In this document: one piece after another, positions 11,454 through 23,409 of the stretch | Layout of the letters: each line of letters starts with the position of its first letter | Numbering within the stretch: the stretch's first letter is position 1 | Assembly: GCA_964057225.1 (NCBI GenBank) | Contig: OZ059899.1 | Span: 14,818,001 to 14,882,000, forward strand | DNA: 64,000 nucleotides | Source: Auanema rhodensis | Lineage: Eukaryota; Animalia; Nematoda | Reading direction: 5' to 3' | Notes under the pieces: generated by a model | The model's database searches: none | What the model was told of the DNA's origin: nothing | What the model saw: only the letters and a program-made list of their open reading frames with translations | Translations under genes and position numbers: made by a program

Positions 11454-11731
11454 AATTTGACATAGTAAGAAAAACATTTTCTTCATTGACCTTTGGCTTC
11501 TTCTTGCTTAATTCCTTGGGGGCGTGGTATAAACTGTAGTAAAGTCAATAAAGATTTCTATAAATTTTTAAATTTAAAGTTATCAATTAATCGCGGTGTT
11601 CATGAGCATCCGTATGTTTTTCTTGTTAATTCCAATTGGTTATTCAATTTATTCAACAAATTTATTTCAGATTCTACGTAACATAGAATGTTGACAAAAG
11701 TTCAATACGCTTACTATGTGACAGATGTCCA
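11388..11731 (+). repeat. 344-bp inverted repeat, right arm
   Basis: Reverse complement of 10710-11053. Confidence 0.97.
11518..11533 (+). promoter_or_regulatory. Candidate GC box + TATA inside the inverted-repeat arm (mirror copy at 10908-10923, minus strand)
   Basis: GGGGGCGTGG immediately followed by TATAAA, about 135 bp upstream of a TTTCAG acceptor (11665-11670) and the ATG at 11688. Confidence 0.35.
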
Positions 11732-12507
11732 GGCTGATGTTGAGGTAAATACATGTTGTTATGTTATATATATATATGATATAGTTAATAATTTAGCCGA
11801 TACCCTCAATTAAACAATTGGAATGCCAATCGGATTATTCGAGTAAAAATGAAGTATTGCAAGGTTTTCCATATATCAGCTTGATAACAAGCTCCAATAA
11901 CGGAATATTGCCGAATAGCCCTATATTTCCTACACTGGTCCCTGACTGTGCATATCATCGTACTTTAATTCCATTGGATTATTTTGAGGATTACGATTTT
12001 TGGATGATCAACAATGAGAAGGGACAAGTAACTATTCTTTTGACCAACGGAGACTCCGAACGTAAATTTGCTCTATATCTGGAACTCACAAAGCTCAATA
12101 AGGAAGATAATGAATTTATCTGCTTTACAGATGGAATATGGCGTTCTACTGATACATCAAACAATCAACCAACTGTTAATATCATACTTATTCATGATAT
12201 TGAACTGAATGATGATTGTCAATGGGACAAGGTGGTGAAACGTTCTAACGTTATTTCTTCCTTTTCTGGATGTACTCCAAACAAACTTGAAGCGATTCCT
12301 GAGATACACCACTTATCGGAAACAGAGGTTGGTCTTACGAACGATCCAAATTCGACTGAAATGGATCAGCGGCTAAGCAAAGCTAGCAAGATCATGGAAA
12401 CATGTACACAATTAATGGATCCTAATCATGACAACGACGACGTCATTGCCTTCTTTGACGACCAGTATGTGCTTCCATTTCAAAACGTTCTAAAACTTAT
12501 TCGTTGA
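11688..12507 (+). CDS. Orphan gene B, about 255 aa, acidic, function unknown
   Basis: TTTCAG possible trans-splice site at 11670. Exon 11688-11744 (MLTKVQYAYYVTDVQADVE), 52-nt GTAAAT..TTTAG intron, then exon 11797-12507 in frame with the 229-aa ORF. AATAAA at ~12654. Confidence 0.7.
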
Positions 12508-12564
12508 GCATCGGATTCTATCTATAACGTAGATTCTGATTTCGACCGTATCATAAATAGTGCA
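12501..12564 (+). repeat. 64-bp direct repeat, copy 2
   Basis: 62/64 identical to 11088-11151; spans the stop codon of gene B. Confidence 0.95.
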
Positions 12565-12639
12565 TCATTCTATAAATAAGGAACTTCTTCATCAGCTTGA
12601 ACCACATATTGACTTGTTCAAGGGTTCTTTTATTCATTT
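12561..12639 (+). repeat. Outer inverted repeat, right copy (3' flank of gene B)
   Basis: Reverse-complement homology to 9993-10067. Confidence 0.85.
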
Positions 12640-13534
12640 TTTAAATTTTTTTAAATAAAAAAAATTTTAAATTCAAAATATTATATATATATGTATATAA
12701 TTAATTATATAAATTAATGAAGCTATTAGTGAAGATTGAATTATTATTAATTTACAATCAAGATATGTTTTATGTGTAATCAATATATTATCTTTCACCT
12801 GAGTTTCATACATGACACAACTATATGTTCACACTTCTGCAGCTTTTTGATAATTTTTAAAATTATTAAATTAAAACAAAAATGTTTTATTATTTATATA
12901 AAAACAAGTTAAAAGAATAAATTATATAATTTATATACAACATCTTATTCATATATTTTTAATTTTGCGATTTTAATGTTTTTCATACCTACTACACATT
13001 TTGACATATTCCTCGTGGAGTCATTGACAACCAAATCAGGTGGGAATATGCTTTTCAAAAACTTATTTTTTCCAAAAAAAAAAACCTTTTGCCTTTCTCT
13101 CATTCATTAACAATTCTTCACATTCTCTTTCTCCTCCCATATACATGTTTCAAAGTTTTTCCATTAGCAACACCACACCACATCGGGCTTTGTACTACGA
13201 AGATATCCATCCTGGCATCGGCCGGCACAGAGCCCTCTCAATGCTTCGCGTTTCCTGTCAGGAGCACACCGGCTGCAAGCTGCTGGTTTGTGCTCTTATG
13301 GCCTCGTCTATTCATCTTATCCGCTGCATACCTCTTGGCTTCATCAGCACTTCTCTGTCTCTAACTGACTTACTCTCTTCATTCATTCTTTCACTGCTCC
13401 GCCCAAGCGCTGGCTACATTCACAGACCACATACGTAGCTATTGCCATCCTCAGCTGGATAAGCAATGATAAGATGTTGGAATGTAGAAGAAGTGAAATG
13501 GGTGAGCTTTGGAGAGCTTCCGAGAGAGAAAGAG

Positions 13535-13584
<50 letters not shown>

Positions 13585-13791
13585 CGAGGGAAGGGGGAGA
13601 GAAACAGAGAAAACTTTTCAAATGCTAATGATGAAAAGCTCATAAACTATTCGTCAGAGAATACCAAAGTAAGTTGAGAATAAAAGCAAGAAATCAAGCA
13701 GAAAATGGAAAAAAGCGAAATGAGAAGATTTGAAACGCTGAACTTTGGCCAAATTCTCTCAAACTCTTTCTCTTCCTCTATTTTTTATTTT

Positions 13792-13845
<54 letters not shown>

Positions 13846-15780
13846 GTTGATCCATTTTCTCCATATCTTACCACCCAAGATTAAAACTATTTCCCTCCGT
13901 ATGATTATTATGTGCCAGAGTGATATTCCTTTGGTAGTAATAGCTTTTGAGAAAGTATGCCATGCGAAGCTCTCGTATCTTCTTCTCCTGATTCCCAAAA
14001 AGATTTATTTAGTTTAACTATATCATATATATCGCATATATTCATATATAATAATTATATTTATCAATAAAAAAAATGTTTAATTATACGAATAAATTGC
14101 TTAATATACTAAACTAAAATAATTTAATTTAATTGTAAAATATATTTTATTTATTTCTAAATCTTTTTTTTTGTTCATTAAATATTCGAAATATATGCAT
14201 TTTCTCATGTTTTATGCTATAAAAATAAAATAAAATAAATTAAAAATAAGCAAAGAATAGCCCAAAGATGTATGCAGGATCGTTTTTCTATTGCCGCTTG
14301 TTTTTCCAGTAGCTCCTCCTACTCCAGTTTGATGATCAGAAGAAGAGGAAAAGCAATGTCCTTTGGTTGATGAAAAAGATTTGGAAGGAAAGAAACATAA
14401 ACAGGCTAAAGCATATAGAGATGAATTCAACATAGAATCAGACGACGATACGTCGTCGTTTCTCAAACTACGTAAAACACGCAGTTTATAACTTTTTCTT
14501 CAAATTTCTCTTTCTCTCTCTTTCTCTCTCTCGTTTTCTTTTTCCCTCTTTATCTCTCTCTCTTACCTTCCGGATCGCCTTTTTGCCGTTTTTGGTTTTG
14601 TTTCCTAGCCTTCAAGCCTTACTATTTGCAATCTTATTTAACTATTCAATTTCGAAATATTTAGAATTTATTTTTTCTACTCTTTCCCTCCCTCGCTCCC
14701 TCCCTCCCTCCCTCGCTCCCTCCCTCCCTCCCTCGCTCCTTCCCTTCCTCCCTCATTCAACTTTTTATTCCCTTTTTCTCTCCTGCTGCAAACACACTCT
14801 TCTTACTATCTTTTCTCTTTCGTTGACAGATTTGCAGGACAGCAAAGATCCAATCCTAGCTTTCAAATAAAAAATATGTTTATATTACAGAAAGCTTACT
14901 TCATGATCATATTCGGCAGGCTTTTCATTCATTCTTCATCTTTCAACCTCTCTTTTCCTCTTTCACTCTCATTTCTTCTTACCCCTTTTCATTCTTTGCC
15001 GTTCGTTCCTCTTCCTTCCTCTGTCTGCCGCCCCGTTCTCTTCATCTCTCTTTCATTGCCTGTTGTCCTCTCTCATGTTTCTCACGATGTCCTACTGATA
15101 TTCAGCTGAATTAAGCTCCGCCTTCATGGATACGAACGAACAAATCTAACGACAACAATCTGAGGAATGTCTGTTTCTTTATCTGCTCAGTGTTTTCTAA
15201 ATCTTCATAGTTTCCCATATTTTTTATCATTAAGCTTATCGCTTAGAGACATTTATAACAAATTGCCTTCCGGCTTTTTTTCTTTATCTGACCTTAATTT
15301 GGCAAAAAACACCTCGTATTCCCTGCTTTCATGGCGCTTAATTCTCCAACTGATCAGTGTGAAAAGCTGCAGTTCGTCGAAGCACCAGCAGCTATTTACA
15401 TTTGAAGCTTATCCTGATTATCACTTCACTAAATCATATCATTCAAATAGAAATATAGAAATAGATATTTTCAAATAACTATATGTATAGATATGTGTAT
15501 ATCTATTGAAACGTCAGTCCTTTTTTGAAATATTTATTCGTATAAGTATCTGATTTTCAGCAGACCGCCCCTCCCTTCCTACTTACCAATCCACTGATCC
15601 TCAAAATATTCTCTTTTTCTTCCAAATATATAATCATTTCATCTTCGATTCAACATTTTTATTATAATCTTTCAGTCATTTTCCTTTTCTTTTTTTTTTT
15701 AAGAAAAATAAAATAAAAGAATAATTGGTTTTGAAGCATTACTGCTCAGCTTTAATATACATACTATGTATGTATACATG

Positions 15781-15886
15781 TTTGCCCATATATACATATA
15801 CTACAATTCATTTCACGTCAAATTCACGTGCGACGTGACATGCTAATGACACCATTTTCAGTATCTCAGACACATATAACGGTTTC
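15781..15886 (+). promoter_or_regulatory. Dispersed E-box/CGGTT composite element, copy E2
   Basis: TTTGC at 15781, CACGTC 15814, CACGTG 15825, GACGTG 15832, AACGGTTT with C at 15880, in an AT-rich patch. Confidence 0.45.
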
Positions 15887-16692
15887 TTTTACTTTATTTA
15901 GAAATAAAACATTTCTAAATATTTGTTTTAAAATATAAAATTCAACAACTATATATAACTATATGTATAGATAACTATATATAGATAGATAGATAGATAG
16001 ATAGGTATACTGTAAATATATATTTATACATATATGTATCTACATGTATGTATAGAGATAGATTGTGATTTCATATTTGTATTATTAATGAGTTATTTCT
16101 TTTTTTTTCTCCTTCTATATGATCTTTGATACATCTCTTACATTTCTATCGTGTTCATGGCGCATACTCGCTCCTTAGACCACCCTGAGGGCTAAGTAAA
16201 AGGAGAATTTGGAAAAGAGATAGAACATAAAGTAGATGAAGTAGATATTAGGAATTAGAGGGAAACAACGTTTAAAAAACAGAACTTTAAAAAGATTGAG
16301 AGAGAGAGAGAGACATAGAGAGAGAGAAATTGAATTTCAAATCCCCCAAATATTTTTAATTATAAATATTTAAAAATACTTTTTATAAAGAAATAAATAT
16401 ATTATTTATACAAAATAATATAATTTGATAAATAAATTTAAACTATACATATAGTATAAGAGTAGTTCATTTACATTTCATATAAGGATCTTTGATATAT
16501 ACATGAATTCAAATATATTTCATAATAACATGAAAATATCTGAATGGAAAGTTTATTTATAATTATAATATTCATATCATACTATTCTTTCAATTATGAA
16601 AGTTCGTTTTCTCTCTGGAACATCTAATTCTCTTTTCATTTCATTCCCAGAATACTTCCTTCATTCTCACCCTCTCTCTCTCTCTTTCTCTT

Positions 16693-16751
<59 letters not shown>

Positions 16752-17177
16752 TTCTCTCTCTTTCTTCTTCTTCCTTCCTGTTATACAAAAATTTCTATTT
16801 ATTATTTATTTAATAAATTTCATAATCATAACCCAAATCTTATTTTTCTTTCTGTTATCCTAAGTTTTTTAATTTTTTTTTATTTTCATCTTCTTCCTTT
16901 TCTCTTTTTCGTTATGACGTAGTTGTGAGTTAGATGTATGTATGTACATGCATGTTATGCTCCAGACGCAAGACCACCAATGTCGACGAGTTTATGTCTC
17001 TCGTCTTCTTCTTTTTCTTCTTTTTAACCAATTTTGTAGATAATGTCTCCCGAAAAAAATCGAAGAAGATGTCTTTAGATGAACATGCTGCTTATCATAT
17101 CCAGTTAGATTCACAATCTTGAATCTCCTAAGTTATTCTGAATGAATTCCCTTCTCTGCCCTCCCTCGCCCTCTTTC

Positions 17178-17184
17178 CTCTCTT

Positions 17185-17272
<88 letters not shown>
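17178..17272. repeat. (CT)n microsatellite, representative of dozens in the window
   Basis: About 95-bp CT run read directly. Confidence 0.9.
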
Positions 17273-17275
<3 letters not shown>

Positions 17276-17915
17276 CGTTATCCTATTTCAAACAAAAAAA
17301 TATTTCATTTCTTTATTGCTAATATCATATTAGTCTATTACACATTCGTCTTATTTAGCTAATTAAGCTAGTATAGAAGATATAACTGAATAAGCTGGCC
17401 ATCTCTGTTTCTCTTCGTCTCCAAAATTTTCTTTTCTTTGCCATCTTTCTTGGACTTGATGTGCTTGGCTATCTGAAAAATCTGCAAGAAATATGAAGAA
17501 AGTGAGATGAGAATGAGGTGGAAAATGAGCAGAATTGCCTAAAATTGCAGATGCACACACACAGAGACATGTATGTATGTATGGATGTCTGAAGATAATT
17601 TTTGATTTTTCTTATTACCTTTATTAAAATAATTTATAATATATAGATTACTAGCATGTATGTATAACTTATGTAACTTATAAATATATAAAACAACTAC
17701 TTTTCTAATGATTTTCGACTTTTTCCTTTAGATATTGGAAGCATGGATGGCGACATGCGCCTTACCAAAAGCTGCTCCTTGGTCTTTTTCCTCATCTCAT
17801 CTGCATGACAACGGTTTGGAAATGGAAACTCAGACGAGATAGAGAGTGAGAGATATGAGTAGATGAAACATGAGAGAGACATCACAGGAAAGACATGATG
17901 ATAGAAGTAAGACGA

Positions 17916-17953
<38 letters not shown>

Positions 17954-18359
17954 CGAGACGGGGCGCACGGAACCAGCTTACTGCTCAAATTCAGCTCCAA
18001 GTAAGACCCAATGAGTGACAGAGCAAAGTCTGAGGAGAATAGGGCGTCGTCAGTTCGTTTATGCCTATCTCTCTTCTTCCAATCGCAGATTCGTTCGCGT
18101 TCTCGCTGTCTCTTCTCCTCCCGTTTGTCTGTAATATAAGTTGAAAAGGGCAAAGTTCTTAGTTATGTGAATGATGTACTAAACGGAAGCACAAATTCAT
18201 TTTTCCATTTGAGGAAGAACATAACAGAAGGAGAGACTGTTCTCATTACCTCCTCCATAGTTTAATGCTTTCATCATATAAATTCATGAAGAGACTGAAA
18301 GAAGAATCGGCCATGAGTCAGTCCTTTTTACTCCCTCTCTCTTTTTCTTGTAGGTATAT

Positions 18360-18410
<51 letters not shown>

Positions 18411-19301
18411 CAATATGCTCTTTCTCAGTAACATTATGCAAATGAATTCAAACTTATCTAAAGACATAATATCTTCATACATATATGCTTCTTAGTCATT
18501 TTCTTCTCTATTTAATTTTCAATCATCTCCATCACTTTTCAAATCTTTTGAACTATTTTTAAAAGAAAAAAGAAATATGAAAGCTTGAAAAGCTTCAAGG
18601 TTTATCACTTGTCAAAGTACAGAACGTTGTGAATGTTTAGTGAAAAGATGAATGAGTTAATAGATTCTTTTGACTTCTATCGACTTCACATTCAACAATA
18701 GCTATTTGAAGGTTTTTGTGAAAAAAATAGCAGAAAACGAGATATACATCTCCGTCGATCTCAGACATTTGCATTAAGTTTCTGTTAGATTTGGTATGAG
18801 CAAGCAGCAAATGAGCAAATGAAAGCAATAGCTTCTCATGTTATTGGTTTTTGAAATGAATCACATATAGTTATGTATAGTTAACAAACTGGATACAAGT
18901 ATATAGTTAAGATTACCATTTCCGGAACCTAAGTTCTGAAATGAAAGAAGCTCCTTCTGGCCATGTTATGTATGTTTCTTACTCAATCTGTGCATATGCT
19001 TCTATACATATGTATATGTGACTATGATCTGTATGCAGTATGCTGTATGCTGTAAGCTGTATATGGGTTATGCCTCCTAATTTCCCCTGAGGCATTTCGT
19101 TTTGTCATGGAAACTGAGCATCCTCACTCATATTGACAATGGACAGCAGTCATTAGATGATAAGAATAGATTTCGAAGGTTGTGTCTTCGTTCATTTAGA
19201 CGGGATTAGTATGGCACCACTGCGTTTCATTCAAAGATTTCATTGAACTGGTTGAGATTGGAGTAAAACCATTTTTACAAACTCTTCTACTATTTAGAAG
19301 T

Positions 19302-19393
<92 letters not shown>

Positions 19394-21205
19394 GATTCAG
19401 TTGGAAATGTAGTCATTGAGAGTTGACGATCGAACCACCGTATTACGCTTCATTTCGCAGCTTCCTCTACTGGAGAATCTCTTCGTTTCACTTTCTCTAT
19501 TTCTCTCTCAAATTCAACCTATCTATGAAACTCTCTCTACAACTTCGTCAGATTCTCCTTCTCTTATAAAATCGAAAAATTTCTTTTATGTATTCAAGAT
19601 TTCTTTTTCCCATTTTCTTCTGATTATACGCATACATACACACATACACCCTCCTTTTCTCGTCTGAAATCTCTTAGTGCAGGCTCTGCCGCTAGTTCTC
19701 AGCTCCATGGCTCAGGCTTCTAAACAACATTTCTTTCTATTGCTTCGTTCATTGCCTGAGGGGCGGCCAGCAGCCAATCCACTTCTCACTCAGTCTTTTT
19801 CCAACGTGTTCTCTGGTGCTCATTCCGGCTTTCTTTCACTCTCTCTTATTTCCTGCTTCTCTCACATCATCTCTCTCTACCTCTCACGCTCTCTTCGTCT
19901 CGTTCGTGCATTCTTTCGACCCTCTTTCCGTCTCGACTCATGGCTGTCTGCATGTGCCCTCAATGTCTTTCTCTTCCAGCTGAGAGAGTCAGATGGCTTT
20001 TCGCTATGTGGGCTCACAACCTCCATCTTCTGTCTCATACCATGCCGTTCTGCACAATCGTTTCTCATCCGTTTCAGCATTTTAGTTGTTTTTTCTCCCA
20101 TTTCTGTATGCAGGCCACCTTGCACCCTGCAAAGCATGACAAATGTTGTTTCGCCTCCGGCAATATCTTGACTCATCCTCAGTATTTTCCGTCTTTCCAT
20201 GTTCGTTAGATGCTTTCTATTCCTCTCACATACCAAAACTACATCACAAAAGCTTGTTGATCTATTGCTTTTGGGCATTATAATGAGTTCTTCTGGATGT
20301 TTTCACGTTCTCTCTCATATAGATTATTCTCTTTTCTTTAAAAGGAAGTTAAAACCTTTTATATGACTATATTCATTAAATCCAAGCAACTTAGATGCTC
20401 GTACCTCTCTTCAAGCTGACATCTATCTTTCCGTGTACATGACACGTTAATTGATCAACATACTTCCTAATGTTTCCGTGCACTTCGAACATTCTTCCAT
20501 ATTTTTCATTTTCTTCTTCCCCCTTGCCACCTTCCTTTTTCATTTTTCCAACATCCTCCCTCCCCTCCTCCCTCCTTCTCTCTCTGTCTGTCTCTTGTCT
20601 CCTATCCTCTTCTTTTTACTTATTTACATTCAATAGACTCAGTCTATTTCACAATCCATTTGAATGCCAAATATCTGCTGATGTCCAACGTAGCCTGTCT
20701 ATAGATGTCGATGTCTTTCCTCATCATTCCAACCATCTTTTTGGGGTTCGTTTGTCACTCAACCAACCAGTATAGCACATGATGATAAAGCATTTGAAAC
20801 AACTGTGAACAAATCACTTGCACTTCATGTAATCTCAGTACCAACTACAACTATTTCAAAAGAGTAAAATACTACTCTGAGATGGAGTGCACTTACCACA
20901 GCGTAGACAAGACAACGATAGGGCTGAGAAGAAGAGGATGAACCATTGTGTTGTACTTCAACCAGTAGCGTAGGCTTTATGATGTTAATAATGCTTATAA
21001 TGTTCCTATTTGATTTCAAGTTTATATTATTGTTTGTATTGTAACAGAATTGAAATTGAAATGGCCCTGAAGCAAATGATCTCTGTTATAACTACATTTC
21101 ACAACATATAAATAGCCTTATTTAGAAAAATTAAATATTCTACATGACTATTATTATAGTTAAGCTGAAACTTTATAAATAATTGTATTTCTTCAAATTT
21201 CATGT

Positions 21206-21311
21206 AATTAGCATAATATGCTAATTTCATTTCACTAACATTCTTCACGTAACTATCTTATCATATGCATATATTTTCATTTTTATTTCTTCAAGATAAT
21301 GAACGGTTGTT
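21206..21311 (+). promoter_or_regulatory. Dispersed composite element, copy E3
   Basis: Palindromic AATTAGCATAATATGCTAATT (21206-21226), CACGTA 21246, CATATG 21262, CGGTTG 21304. Confidence 0.5.
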
Positions 21312-21333
21312 TCTGATCTCTCCCAGTAAATCC

Positions 21334-21386
<53 letters not shown>

Positions 21387-23071
21387 ATCTTTCTTCTAGC
21401 TCTTATCTATGTATCTTAGAAAATATAAATATAATACATATTTATATTGTTAATAACATTAACTAATGAAAGAAAGATTCACAATCTTCTAATGCAGAGC
21501 TGATAAAGCTGAAGCTCTTCTCTGATATGAACATTTCATTTCGAGTCATCATCCTTCATTCAATTATATAATATATTGAACTAATCTAGAGCTATAGAAT
21601 CTATATCTTGGCACCTTAACACGCCTGTTTGACGCCTAACCAGACGCCTATCCAACCAGAAACATGTGAAGACAAGTCATTTCTTCAAACATTTCTCGTG
21701 CCTTCTAATAACTATGAGTTATAAAATATTTCATAGATATGATTATATAGTATATATAGTAATATTTATATTTTAATTAACTATAACCAACTACCTAACT
21801 AACTATGTCATTGATGTCTAGTTCTCATGCTACAACTAGGTTTATTTAAAAATAAATTACAAATTATCAAACATTTTTACGCATAGTAAATAAATAAAAT
21901 ATAAAAAAAAATCATTTGATTACTATAATGAAGCAATCAAATGAAAAAAGACTGATGTAAGATAAGTTAATTGTGAATATGAAGAGAAAATATTTGAAGC
22001 AACTGAAGCATATTTACTTCGATATCATACTGATTAAACGCCATTTAATTATATGATTATTCAATTATATATCTTATATATATATATATATATATAATTT
22101 ATATGAAATTATTAGTTATTCATCATTTACTCTTTATTATTTTTTATTTTTATTCAAAAAAAATAAAACTTGGGAACCTATTTTCATTTTAATTGATATC
22201 ATGTTTACATTATCTGCTTTCACAATCATCATCGTTTTCTTCTTCTTCTTCTTCTTCTTCTTCTTTTTTTGAAATAATGGTCAACATCTTAGTGATAAGC
22301 TTCAAAATGAATGATAAGTCGAGGAATATTGGGCAATAATTCCGATTTTTGAAGCTCAGATATGCCATGATTGCCTTCATCTTCATGTATATGCATGTAT
22401 GTATGTAGTTTACGTATTATTCTTATTATAAAATAATATTTTACTATATACATATAGATAAGAAGATGTACATATAGTTATGGTTACACAGAGAGTGAAA
22501 CACATACTCTCTCTCTCTCTCTCTCTCCCTCTCCCTCGCTATCTTATAGTGTTACTACTATGCTTTGGCATCGTTTGCAGCAGTTTTTATTCGTCTGCTC
22601 ATGTGATGAACCTTTTTTTCTTCTGTTTTCCCTCTATCTTTTACTTTGTTTCAGTTTCATCTCTCCTGTTTTTCTTTACTCTTTTCGTGTGTCTCCGCTC
22701 TCTTCGGTATGCCACGTCGCCTAGAACCAATTGCGGTGACGAAATTTGTGCGGAACGACACGAGTGAAAGAGTTAAACATAGCATTCGATTTCAAAATCA
22801 TTTTTAGAGGGGAAGAACGAGAAACTAACTGACTATAGATGCTCAGCAACGGAGAGTGAGAGAGAACGAGAGAGAAAGAGAGAGAGAGAGGGCGGGTAAG
22901 AGAGACACGGATGATAGTTGAAACACCAGTTATCCAAAAATGTTATTTTCAATCTTTCAGTTATATGAGCATACCTCCCAAACTATCAAGAGGTGGGCTT
23001 GAGCCTCCAGAGCTTACTGTAATTCGCAAAGAGTTTTGTAGATGTTTCATTGTGTATTGTATTTAGCTGTT

Positions 23072-23126
<55 letters not shown>

Positions 23127-23332
23127 ATCTTTTATTCTTGTTTGTTTTCTATATATATGCATGTATATGACATAACATGTGAATATGAATCACATGAAGT
23201 TTGATGTAAGTATTAAGTAGCTGAGTTATTCTCTCAGTTATTCTAGGATTGGGAAGAGTAGGGTAATCAGGAGAATAAAAGTCTTGGAATGAGAAGAAAA
23301 TAACGATTCAGAGATCTTTAATAATATCTTCT

Positions 23333-23409
<77 letters not shown>

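Noticed and set aside
10760-11681. Two identical 62-aa ORFs (10760-10948 minus, 11493-11681 plus) as protein-coding genes
   Set aside because: They start at TTG and are simply mirror images within the inverted-repeat arms, overlapping the likely promoter/outron.
12596-12622. CRESS-virus rolling-circle origin (stem with 9-nt loop CATATTGAC)
   Set aside because: It does not fit NANTATTAC, the partner copy has a different loop, and no HUH Rep motif is visible.
7876-12660. Autonomous Helitron, Maverick or LTR element
   Set aside because: No RepHel, integrase, polB, RT or transposase motifs, and no convincing termini or target-site duplication for the whole island. A non-autonomous origin is not excluded.
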